Shown: in pieces, positions 8,069 to 16,394 of the stretch
How the letters are laid out: each line of letters opens with the position of its first letter
How positions within the stretch are numbered: position 1 is the stretch's first letter
NCBI GenBank assembly: GCA_030149205.1
Contig: JASBSB010000001.1
Coordinates: 270,001-302,000, forward strand
From: Candidatus Heimdallarchaeota archaeon
GTDB taxonomy: Archaea; Asgardarchaeota; Heimdallarchaeia; Heimdallarchaeales; Kariarchaeaceae
Length of the DNA: 32,000 nt
Direction of reading: 5' to 3'
Program-made: the position numbers and the translations under genes
Notes under the pieces: generated by a model
What the model was told of the DNA's origin: nothing
The model's input: the letters and a program-made list of their open reading frames with translations, nothing else
Database searches by the model: none

Positions 8069-9463
8069 AAACCTAGATAATTTTAAAAGTTTGAACAAAA
8101 GGATACCAACAGAGATCAAAATAAAGAATCTCGAAAGATAAATCATCGGTCTGAAGTTTTCACCCAAGGGTATAACAGGTAGTCTGTTTATCTGCTTTGA
8201 AATTTTTTCCAAAACAAGAAAGGTAACCAAAACAAGAAAAGTAAGAATAAGGATTACTGAATTTTCTGTAGAGTATAACTGTAGTGAAAATACAATCACG
8301 GATAACAAAAACATTGCTCCATAAACTATTTTAAGTTTAAACAACCTACTTTCTCTCTCTTCTTCCAACCTTTTTGTAAAGCTGATCAAACCATCAGGAG
8401 TTTTATTTTGTAGGGTCCAAGCAAAATAACCCAGCTTTGGATCAATGTTGAATTGTAAGGAATGTCTGAGAAGCAAGATTTTAGTTTCTGAACTTGGATT
8501 TTGAGAATATTCCATAAACGTGTGATGAAGAATGAAATCTGGGTCTATATCTGGAATATCATCATGTTTAAGACTTAATCCACTTTGATGATGACCCAAA
8601 GTTACATCCTTATGGAGCTCATATCTGTCTTTTGATAGTTTATTCTGCCTTGGATCGATCTGAGAAACACGATTAGATGCAGATTTACTCGTTGAATTAG
8701 AATTAATTATTTGTTTAAAGATATCTTTTGAGTTTTTATTTTGAAGAATCTGAGTTACATCAACATCCCGAAATGAATTTAATTTCACATCGTCAACTCT
8801 GTTTAAACTGTTAATGGTTAATTTTCCGTCCTCAGAAATAGATGCAAGAAATTCTTCGTTCGATGACATCACATTGTTGTATGAAACATAATTTATCAGG
8901 GGATGTTTGGATAAGATATCATAGTACCTTTTAGAAAAATTACAAGAAATGATTTCATTCTCTGGAGACAGAATTATCAGATGTTCAGTATCCACGAAAT
9001 TTAACGATGCAGTTCTAAATTTTTTTTCTATGTCAAAATGACTTAACCTAGAATAAAATTTAGGAGACCAAACCGAAAGATATCCAACCTCAGATAGTAT
9101 CGCTATTTCACCTGAATTTGATAATGTCGAAGCAACAATTGGCTCATTCACTGGAATCCCACCTAACCTCTCCCCAGTTCTCTCATTTAAACAAACAGCA
9201 AAATCTGAGGCAACTGCGTAAATATACGTATAATCGTGACTATACGCAATTGAGAGAATGGAACTATTAACTGGGACTTCCTCACCATACTCATTTTTCC
9301 TCTTCTCATTGTATTCCCATACTTTTTCTAAACTTGGAAGCCTCAGTTTTAAAACCAGACCAGTTGAGGTACCTACCACCAGCTCGTTAAGGATTGGATG
9401 AACTTTAACAGAGGTGAATTCAAGACTTTCAAGCATGTTATTCACAGGATGATTCTTCTGCAA
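8057..9463 (-). CDS. WD40-like beta-propeller protein with C-terminal transmembrane helices
   Basis: About five blade-like repeats (TSVKVHP..ELVVGTSTG; LSIAYSHD; LSNSGEIAILSEVGYLSVW; SSNEEFLASISEDGKLTI), a polar linker, then three hydrophobic segments at the C-terminus. Start is TTG 9463 or ATG 9436. Confidence 0.7.
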   Translation of the reverse strand: MQKNHPVNNMLESLEFTSVKVHPILNELVVGTSTGLVLKLRLPSLEKVWEYNEKRKNEYGEEVPVNSSILSIAYSHDYTYIYAVASDFAVCLNERTGERLGGIPVNEPIVASTLSNSGEIAILSEVGYLSVWSPKFYSRLSHFDIEKKFRTASLNFVDTEHLIILSPENEIISCNFSKRYYDILSKHPLINYVSYNNVMSSNEEFLASISEDGKLTINSLNRVDDVKLNSFRDVDVTQILQNKNSKDIFKQIINSNSTSKSASNRVSQIDPRQNKLSKDRYELHKDVTLGHHQSGLSLKHDDIPDIDPDFILHHTFMEYSQNPSSETKILLLRHSLQFNIDPKLGYFAWTLQNKTPDGLISFTKRLEEERESRLFKLKIVYGAMFLLSVIVFSLQLYSTENSVILILTFLVLVTFLVLEKISKQINRLPVIPLGENFRPMIYLSRFFILISVGILLFKLLKLSRFLTF

Positions 9464-9528
9464 AGCCTATCTTTAAGGATTTATTTTATCGGAAAGGTCT
9501 TTTTGTCTCTTTCAGATGATGACCCATG

Positions 9529-11163
9529 CTATATTTGAACAGAAGCCTGCCCATCAGCTCTCGGGTCAGAACCTGCAGTAAGTATATCAGAGTCTGGGAA
9601 ATAATTAATTATTTGACCTCGTCCAAAGATAGATCGACCATATCCATCCATTGGTCTTACTGGATGCCCATAAGAAGCTATTTGACTCATCAAACTTACG
9701 TTCATCGAACTTTCAAGTGCAACCACACCATTTTGTGTACCATCCATTATGCAGAATCTATAGTGATCCAAGGCTTCCTGAGGGTTCATCTTAAAATCAA
9801 TCATATTTACTAACACCTGAGTGTGACCTTGAGGTTGCATGAATCCTCCCATAACACCAAATGATGAAAATAATTCTTTGTTTGATGTAGCCATCCCTGG
9901 AATGATTGTGTGATAAGGTCGCTTGTTTGGCGCCAGATGGTTGGGGTGTGTTGGATCCATACTAAAGTTATGCCCCCTATTTTGGAGGGTAAAACCTGTA
10001 CCTTTAGGAACCAGCCCTGTACCAAAACCCATGTAATTTGAGTTGATAAATGAACATGCATTCCTATCTTCATCAACAACAGAGAAATAAACAGTATCTG
10101 AGCTGGTGAAAGGAGACCCTTTTTCAATGTTCATTGTAGCTCTGTTTAAGTCAATCATTTCTCTTCTACTCGATGCGTATTTCTTTGATAACATTTTTTC
10201 AATTGGAACATCTTGTTTGCTTGGATCAGCGACATACCAACGTGTATCCGCAAATGCCAATCTCATTGCTTCAATAAGTATATGATAATATTTAGACTCA
10301 GATTCCCTGTAGAGAGATTCCAAATCAAATTCTTCTAAAATATTCAATGCCATTAAAGCAGTTATGCCCTGTCCATTTGGTGGAATCTCATACACCTCTA
10401 CTCCTTTATAATTTGTTGAGATTGGTTTGTCAAAAGTCGAATGGTGAGCTTTAAGGTCATCTAGATTCAGTACTCCACCTCTGGAACTGATAAGTGAGAC
10501 TATGGCATCCGCGATTTTACCTTCGTAGAATCCTGTCTTACCCTCCTCTGTAAGTACCTTAAAGGTGTTAGCCAGAGTTTTATTTCTCATTCTTTGTCCA
10601 GGCTTAGGTGCGTGACCGTTTAATAACATCTCAGCTCCATTTGGGCCACTTAGTAGAAGTTTCTCACTTCGACTCCAGTAATAAGAGGTTATTGGTGATA
10701 CGGAAAATCCACTTTCAGCCAATGTAATGGCTGGTTTAAGTATCTCCTTCATATCAAGTGTACCCCATCTATCTACACTATCCACCCAACCAGCAGCCGC
10801 ACCAGGAACAGTTATTGTATGAATGCTATGCGGATCAAGCTTTGTAATCCCGTTGTCTCTCAGGTAATCCAATGATAAATCACTTGGTGCTCTACCACTA
10901 CCATTTAATCCTTCAACCACTTTTCTTTTGGAATCGTAGTAGAGGACGAAGCAATCACCCCCGATTCCAGTGGATGTAGGTTCGACCACATTTAAAACAG
11001 CTGCCGTCGCAACGGCTGCATCAACAGCATTTCCTCCCTTTTCTAATATACTTAAGCCAGCTGCTGTAGCCAACGGTTGAGAACTGGCAACTATACCCTT
11101 AGTAGAAAAGACAGGGGACCTTCTAGATTTGAACTCCATAACCATGCATTCACAAAGGAGCAT
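9529..11163 (-). CDS. ggt: Gamma-glutamyltransferase family (Ntn hydrolase, YwrD-like subgroup)
   Basis: GGNAVDAAVATAAVLNVVEPTSTGIGGD, EAMRLAFAD, nucleophile Thr in SDTVYFSVVD, RPYHTIIP, GVMGGFMQPQGH, GSDPRADG; likely start ATG 11139. Confidence 0.95.
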   Translation of the reverse strand: MLLCECMVMEFKSRRSPVFSTKGIVASSQPLATAAGLSILEKGGNAVDAAVATAAVLNVVEPTSTGIGGDCFVLYYDSKRKVVEGLNGSGRAPSDLSLDYLRDNGITKLDPHSIHTITVPGAAAGWVDSVDRWGTLDMKEILKPAITLAESGFSVSPITSYYWSRSEKLLLSGPNGAEMLLNGHAPKPGQRMRNKTLANTFKVLTEEGKTGFYEGKIADAIVSLISSRGGVLNLDDLKAHHSTFDKPISTNYKGVEVYEIPPNGQGITALMALNILEEFDLESLYRESESKYYHILIEAMRLAFADTRWYVADPSKQDVPIEKMLSKKYASSRREMIDLNRATMNIEKGSPFTSSDTVYFSVVDEDRNACSFINSNYMGFGTGLVPKGTGFTLQNRGHNFSMDPTHPNHLAPNKRPYHTIIPGMATSNKELFSSFGVMGGFMQPQGHTQVLVNMIDFKMNPQEALDHYRFCIMDGTQNGVVALESSMNVSLMSQIASYGHPVRPMDGYGRSIFGRGQIINYFPDSDILTAGSDPRADGQASVQI

Positions 11164-11262
11164 TAATTTGTGTTGGTTGAGGAAATAAACTAAACCATTG
11201 TTTCATTTCGACTAACATTTGAGAGAAAGTGTTTAATTCATGGGAAACTAATTACTTTTGTA

Positions 11263-11853
11263 ATGAGTTCTTCTGAAATAAGGTCATTATTGAGACAACT
11301 GGACAAAGAATACCAGAACGACCCAGAAATTACAATTGCAAAAACAATTGAAAATATCAGGAATTATGACAAAGAACAAGATTTTGATGGATCCTTCCAG
11401 TTGGCAATGAAACTGGGAGAATGGTATGAACAACTTGATAATGTGGAGAGAGCAAACTCAGCAAAAGCACTTGCACTGGTTCGAGCATCATTTCTGAATG
11501 ATCCGCTTAAAGTGAAAATGATCGAAAAAAATCTCGATCTCACTAGCATGAAAATTAGATTTGCACATTCAATAAACATGGGAAAGGGAGACACTGGTAG
11601 AAAGCACTACTACTTAGTAAATTTAGAACTCCAAACTCTGTGGGGAGACTTTATAAAAGTTAATCCGATCCCTTTGATTGATTTTAACGATGAAAATGAG
11701 GTTCAAGAAATTTTGGAAGATTATTTCCCATATGGTGTGTATCATGTCCATATGATAGAAAGAAATACAAATCAACAACGAAGGGTTGACATACCTGTTG
11801 GTAAGTTTGAGACATTAGAGATTGTGGAAACGGTTTTCAACCTCGAAAGTTAA
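11263..11853 (+). CDS. Hypothetical protein: helical (TPR-like) N-half, beta-rich C-half
   Basis: 196-aa ORF; helix-turn-helix pattern FQLAMKLGEWYEQLDNVERANSAKALA; no recognisable family. Confidence 0.75.
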   Translation: MSSSEIRSLLRQLDKEYQNDPEITIAKTIENIRNYDKEQDFDGSFQLAMKLGEWYEQLDNVERANSAKALALVRASFLNDPLKVKMIEKNLDLTSMKIRFAHSINMGKGDTGRKHYYLVNLELQTLWGDFIKVNPIPLIDFNDENEVQEILEDYFPYGVYHVHMIERNTNQQRRVDIPVGKFETLEIVETVFNLES

Positions 11854-11895
11854 TGTTCCTCAGTTAGTTAATATCTATGGAAAATCCGATAAAGC

Positions 11896-11903
11896 TTTTA
11901 ATA
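11896..11903 (+). promoter_or_regulatory. Putative BRE/TATA for the 11927-16243 gene run
   Basis: GATAAAGC followed by TTTTAATA ending 23 bp before ATG 11927. Confidence 0.4.
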
Positions 11904-11926
11904 AAATTGCGACAAAATAAAACCTG

Positions 11927-12229
11927 ATGAATCAAGATAATTTTTTGAGCAATTTGCGGTTAAATATCTTAGAGCTCTTCCAACCTAGCGCTGCAAGATT
12001 AAACAGAAAATCCTTTAGTCTCCCCGATATTAGCGCTAAATTGAAAGCCATATATATTTTAAGCTCAACCCAAATTAGCTTGAAAACAATCAAAACTCAA
12101 CTTGGTGTATTAGAGGAGAAAGATTTGATCAAACATTTTGAAATGGATGGTGTTCTAATGTGGGGGATGACTGATGAAGGAGAAAAAGTCCTCAAGGAAA
12201 TTCATGAGGGTACTAAAGAAGGAATTTGA
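11927..12229 (+). CDS. Small winged-helix protein
   Basis: LNILELF..FSLPDISAKL..ISLKTIKTQLGVLEEKDLI..WGMTDEGEKVL fits the wHTH pattern (recognition helix, wing, LT..G-type end). Confidence 0.75.
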   Translation: MNQDNFLSNLRLNILELFQPSAARLNRKSFSLPDISAKLKAIYILSSTQISLKTIKTQLGVLEEKDLIKHFEMDGVLMWGMTDEGEKVLKEIHEGTKEGI

Positions 12230-12255
12230 AAAGATAAAAGAATATTTCATTCAAT

Positions 12256-13926
12256 TTGATAAATAAATATGCAGAACTATTAAATTCTATTAGTCAAAGC
12301 TTAATTTACATGAGCTTTGGAGAAAAAACTCCGGGGAAGTTGATATGGGGTACTTCTAATTATCGTATTCAGCTTCATTTAGATGAATTGATATTTAGCA
12401 ATGAATCATCTGGTAAACTCTCACTTTATGAGAGAAGATGGATAAAAGGAGAAGAAGAGTTTACCTCATTGGAAGAGTTAGTTTCTGGGCTTAGAGCGAT
12501 GTGGGAAGCCTCGTTAAGGCAGGGTGTAATACAAGATGCTAGGTTAGCAAGATGGCTTGAGGAGTACCTTGCTGAATTAGGTGTTAAAGTAAATTATCTA
12601 AATGTGCTTGCTGCGATCAAAGGAGATTCAGCTGGAAAGTTCAAACACGTCACCCCTCAGGAGATTTTAAATACATTAGGAACTGAAAAGAAGTTAGAGA
12701 AGGAAGAGATTGAACAAATCCTCCCAGTTTCTCCGGAAATAACCTCAACTGGGGTTAAAATGGATGTTGAGAGTGAAAAAGTCTCACCAGTAAAGGACGA
12801 AGTCTTTGCTACTTTAACTGAGAAACATAGAACCGAACGACCTGAAACCATAAAAAGCATGATCAAGTTTGTTGGGAATGATGGTTCTGATAAACAAATT
12901 AACCAAGAAGGAACGCTTGCTTATAAACTCTCAAGCGATAAGATCAAGTATATTTCTAAATTTATAAATAACACAGGAGAACCCATGAAGGAATTGGTTC
13001 TAGAAGATTCTCTCCCCTTTGATTTAGCACTGGTTCAAACTTCCTCAACCTCAAACGCAACCAAAAATGATCAAAGGAAAGATAAAGAGGCCTTAAACGT
13101 TTCATGGAGAATTGAAGAACTTAAACCTGGAGAAAGTGTAGAAATAACCTACCATTTACAATTACGACTCAGAAGGATGATCATTGCCAAACTGAAAGAT
13201 ACGATTATAGTTCTTCAGACCTTTGATAATATAATCACACAAGATGGAGAACCTTCAGTTCTTACGGAATTTACAAATAACTTTGATTCAGATTTAGAGG
13301 ACTTAACAATAGTAGACCAACTTCCAAAGAACTATTCAATTGAAAGTTCAAATCCTGAGTTAAAGCCGCCTCTTGGTCTCCTTAACACAACAGAGGAATT
13401 TCAAGAGGTTACTTGGACTTTTACAGACCTGAAACCAGGAGGTAAATTGGAAATAAAATATTTTCTGAGAGAAAAAAATTTTGTTGAAAGAGAAATCAGT
13501 CAAGTCAAGTTAGACGAAGATGTGTCAATTGATATTGTGAAGCTGGTTAAAAAATTGAAATATCAATCTGGAATTGGTATAATTATAGGGGTTCGAACAT
13601 CGCATGCAATTGAGGATCAAATCAGATTAAAACTAAAATTCCCTATGAGTGTCTCTGTTCAACTAATTGATCAGACAAATGGCGACCTAGTACTTGAAGA
13701 TGGTGAAAACTGTAAAATTGTAGGTTGGGAATTGGATGTAAATTCACGACGTGATAACTTTGCTTTCATTAGGGTAAAGAGCGAAACTTCTCTTGAAGAA
13801 AGTGGAATATCTTGTGAAGTCCACGGAAAAACATATGATAAACATACGTTAATCCAAACACAGGTTAAGGAGGAGGGACTTGTATTACCTGTGGAGTATC
13901 AAAAAAGTGTTGATGTGAAAGCATAA
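12256..13926 (+). CDS. Hypothetical cytoplasmic protein with three tandem beta-sandwich (DUF11/mu-homology-like) domains
   Basis: Repeated pattern N..(E/D)L...D.LP......V.W....LKPG....I.Y twice (about 12910-13470) and a third degenerate copy (IRLKLKFP...G....IVGWEL); no signal peptide. TTG start 12256, alternative ATG 12310. Confidence 0.75.
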   Translation: MINKYAELLNSISQSLIYMSFGEKTPGKLIWGTSNYRIQLHLDELIFSNESSGKLSLYERRWIKGEEEFTSLEELVSGLRAMWEASLRQGVIQDARLARWLEEYLAELGVKVNYLNVLAAIKGDSAGKFKHVTPQEILNTLGTEKKLEKEEIEQILPVSPEITSTGVKMDVESEKVSPVKDEVFATLTEKHRTERPETIKSMIKFVGNDGSDKQINQEGTLAYKLSSDKIKYISKFINNTGEPMKELVLEDSLPFDLALVQTSSTSNATKNDQRKDKEALNVSWRIEELKPGESVEITYHLQLRLRRMIIAKLKDTIIVLQTFDNIITQDGEPSVLTEFTNNFDSDLEDLTIVDQLPKNYSIESSNPELKPPLGLLNTTEEFQEVTWTFTDLKPGGKLEIKYFLREKNFVEREISQVKLDEDVSIDIVKLVKKLKYQSGIGIIIGVRTSHAIEDQIRLKLKFPMSVSVQLIDQTNGDLVLEDGENCKIVGWELDVNSRRDNFAFIRVKSETSLEESGISCEVHGKTYDKHTLIQTQVKEEGLVLPVEYQKSVDVKA

Positions 13927-13988
13927 TCTCTTCTGCTACAAAATAACTAGGCTTATATTCAATAATACTAATATTATAATTAGAAACA

Positions 13989-14672
13989 ATGGTTAAAGGT
14001 TCTAGTGTTGACAAGAATGAGGGTAAATCTGACCTCATCCCAGAGAAAAAATCTGTTGCCTTCATACATATCAGGGTTGACCCTGAATTCAAAAGAGACC
14101 TCCTTGAAAAGGTTGAGGAAGAAGATACAAATCTTACGGCTTATGTGGTAAACACTCTTTCTGCTGACATTTATAAAAAGGAGATAGAAGAAGAGGATGA
14201 GGAGGATCTATTGAGAGAAGATATACTTGGAGCACTGGAGAACCTAGAAAGAAGAGTAGAAATTCGACTTTCCACACTTCAAGATACTTTTAATTCATTG
14301 ATAGGTAAATTAATTGCACTTGACACCAGAAAATCTTCCACTAGAAGAGGAAAAAGTAGAAAACAACAGGCATTTGTTGAGGAAGACGATGAACTCTCAG
14401 ATGTATTGGATAAGGATGAGGTCCTCAAGATAAGACCAGAAGAGATGGTTTACTCAAGGGTAAAACGTTTTGTAGAAACTAAGGGTGTGGCTGAGGTTCC
14501 TGATTTTCAAGAAATTATTTTGCACTTAGAAACAGATGCACAGATAAAGGAGTTTTTCCAACGACAAGAAGAGACTTTCCCCGGTTGGAAAGAGTCAATG
14601 GTTACAGATGCAATTGAAGAGGCTATTGAAGAACTGGGTATTTCTCTTAAAGGAAGAGGTGGTGGAGCATAG
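13989..14672 (+). CDS. Ribbon-helix-helix domain protein with acidic stretch, coiled coil and C-terminal helical domain
   Basis: AFIHIRVDPEFKRDLLEKVEEEDTNLTAYVVNTL matches the RHH strand-helix-helix pattern; ILGALENLERRVEIRLSTLQDTFNSLIGKL is a coiled coil. Confidence 0.75.
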   Translation: MVKGSSVDKNEGKSDLIPEKKSVAFIHIRVDPEFKRDLLEKVEEEDTNLTAYVVNTLSADIYKKEIEEEDEEDLLREDILGALENLERRVEIRLSTLQDTFNSLIGKLIALDTRKSSTRRGKSRKQQAFVEEDDELSDVLDKDEVLKIRPEEMVYSRVKRFVETKGVAEVPDFQEIILHLETDAQIKEFFQRQEETFPGWKESMVTDAIEEAIEELGISLKGRGGGA

Positions 14673-14686
14673 CTAGACGACCATTT

Positions 14687-16243
14687 GTGAGGCGAAAATC
14701 TAATGAAAAGCGAAATCAAGAGGCAATAGACCTTTTTAATCTGTTCAATCGGCTTCAACCAGTTACCAGGAACAAGTATTTAACTGTGATTCATTCTTTT
14801 GGAGAGTTTTTAATGGTTCATAAAAAATCATTTTGGGATGTTGCTCCATTAGACGTAAAAAAGTTCTTATTGGAAGGAGGTACACCACAATCTAAAAGCA
14901 TCCTAAAAACCTTCTATAGAGTGCTCATAGACACAGGAGAATTTCAGGGTGATAACCCTATAACTCTTCTAAATGAGATCGAAGAACAGGAGAAGGAGGC
15001 GGGAATTGAGATTGAAGCTCCAAAAACATCGGCAGAAACTGTTTTGGAAACATTAAGAGATGAGAATCTAAGTTTTAGTGAAGAGTTTGTCCCTGCAGAA
15101 AACCGGGTGGTGGAAAAGAAAAAGCCCCCAAAACCAATTATGACACTTACTGACCTAGAACATTTACTTAAAAGAACTCATCATATAAGGGAAAGAGCAA
15201 TTCTAGAAATTTTATTTGCCACAGGTGCAAAACTCAAAGAGATAATAGAGTTAAACGTCTCAGATATTGATTTGGAGGGTAAAAAAATAATGTTTTTTGA
15301 AACTGATACTCAGATCTCAAGAGTTATTGCGATGCCAAAACGAGCTTTACCATTCTTAAGACTATACGAACGATGGCGCTTAAGGCAACTTTCACCATCA
15401 AACGCTTATTTTATTACCAAAAAGACAAAGGAGAGAATGAGACCCACAACAGTTTCCTCATGGCTAGCTAGACTTCAACGAGATAAAGAACCTGGTCAGA
15501 GATGGACGATTGGGGATTTTCGAAAACGGGCAATTCTTCAACATTATTGGTTGACAAAGGATTTAGCTGCAGTCAGTAGATTTGCAGGATATAAAAGACC
15601 GGAGGCAGGGTTACGCGTTGTTAATCAAATTCTTGAAGATAGAGGTATAGAAAATCTAAAAGATTTGACTGAACTACCAGAATTTGATGAACTTCAACGA
15701 GACAAGAAAAAATTGACACCAAGACTCAATGATCAATCAACTACAATCACCATAAGTTTAGATCCTGATGAGCTGGAAATGATTCGAAAATCTGGTTTAA
15801 CACCAACTCAAGCAGTTAAAACTGTCTTTTCACTTAAAGACCTATACTCTTCAGTTGCTCCTGCTGCCGCAGCAGCTCCGGTAGCAAGCTCACCTCTTGC
15901 CAAGGCCATGTCCGTAAGTGCTGCACCTCCACCATCCAGACCCAGTGGGGGAAGTTCTGGCCCTAGATCAGAAGGGAAGTCAACGTTTGTTCCTGGGCCT
16001 GTTGGCGGTGGACCACCTTCGGGACCATCTTCAGGAGGCGGAGGTGGTTTAGGATTCTTAAGTGAGCTCAAATCTAAACTGCAGGAAAGAAATAAAGCAA
16101 AGCAAGAAGGAAAAATACCCTCTGAAATAACAATTGGACCTCAAGATCACTTTGCCAATGTTCAGATTTTAGACTCAAAATCGAAGGATGATTCCGATTC
16201 TAAATCTGAAGAAGAAGATGAGAAAGAACAAAAGGAAGACTAA
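14687..16243 (+). CDS. Catalytically inactive XerC/D-like tyrosine recombinase fused to an RHH-like segment, a Pro/Gly-rich region and an acidic tail
   Basis: SAM-like core-binding domain (TRNKY...F..FL...NPI); catalytic-domain framework ERAILEILFATGAKLKEI...DID, GDFRKRAI...DLAAVSRFAGY; catalytic residues replaced (see findings). GTG start 14 bp after the upstream stop. Confidence 0.85.
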   Translation: MRRKSNEKRNQEAIDLFNLFNRLQPVTRNKYLTVIHSFGEFLMVHKKSFWDVAPLDVKKFLLEGGTPQSKSILKTFYRVLIDTGEFQGDNPITLLNEIEEQEKEAGIEIEAPKTSAETVLETLRDENLSFSEEFVPAENRVVEKKKPPKPIMTLTDLEHLLKRTHHIRERAILEILFATGAKLKEIIELNVSDIDLEGKKIMFFETDTQISRVIAMPKRALPFLRLYERWRLRQLSPSNAYFITKKTKERMRPTTVSSWLARLQRDKEPGQRWTIGDFRKRAILQHYWLTKDLAAVSRFAGYKRPEAGLRVVNQILEDRGIENLKDLTELPEFDELQRDKKKLTPRLNDQSTTITISLDPDELEMIRKSGLTPTQAVKTVFSLKDLYSSVAPAAAAAPVASSPLAKAMSVSAAPPPSRPSGGSSGPRSEGKSTFVPGPVGGGPPSGPSSGGGGGLGFLSELKSKLQERNKAKQEGKIPSEITIGPQDHFANVQILDSKSKDDSDSKSEEEDEKEQKED

Positions 16244-16252
16244 TTGATTATA

Positions 16253-16266
16253 AAGTTTTTTTATTT
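16253..16266 (+). terminator. Possible oligo-T archaeal terminator after the recombinase-like gene
   Basis: T-rich run (GTTTTTTTATTT) about 10 nt after stop 16243. Confidence 0.3.
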
Positions 16267-16358
16267 GAGAAAAACCTGAATCTTACGAACTCATTTAACA
16301 TTTTACGAAATTTTTTTTGATTATTTTGAGAAATCTAAGAAAGAGTTGAGTCAAAACG

Positions 16359-16368
16359 TTTTTATTAA
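16359..16368 (+). promoter_or_regulatory. Putative TATA box of the tandem Lrp-like regulator
   Basis: TTTTTATTAA ending 26 bp before ATG 16395. Confidence 0.4.
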
Positions 16369-16394
16369 GCAAAGTTATAATTAACATGTAAACT

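Noticed and set aside
16034-16240. Canonical WH2/VCA (Arp2/3-activating) domain
   Set aside because: No LKKT-type motif after the helix and no Trp in the acidic tail; kept only as the weaker FAB-like hypothesis.
14687-16243. Integrase marking a prophage or integrative element
   Set aside because: Catalytic Arg, His and Tyr are missing; no adjacent tRNA, att-like direct repeats, or replication, capsid or conjugation genes; flanks are housekeeping genes.
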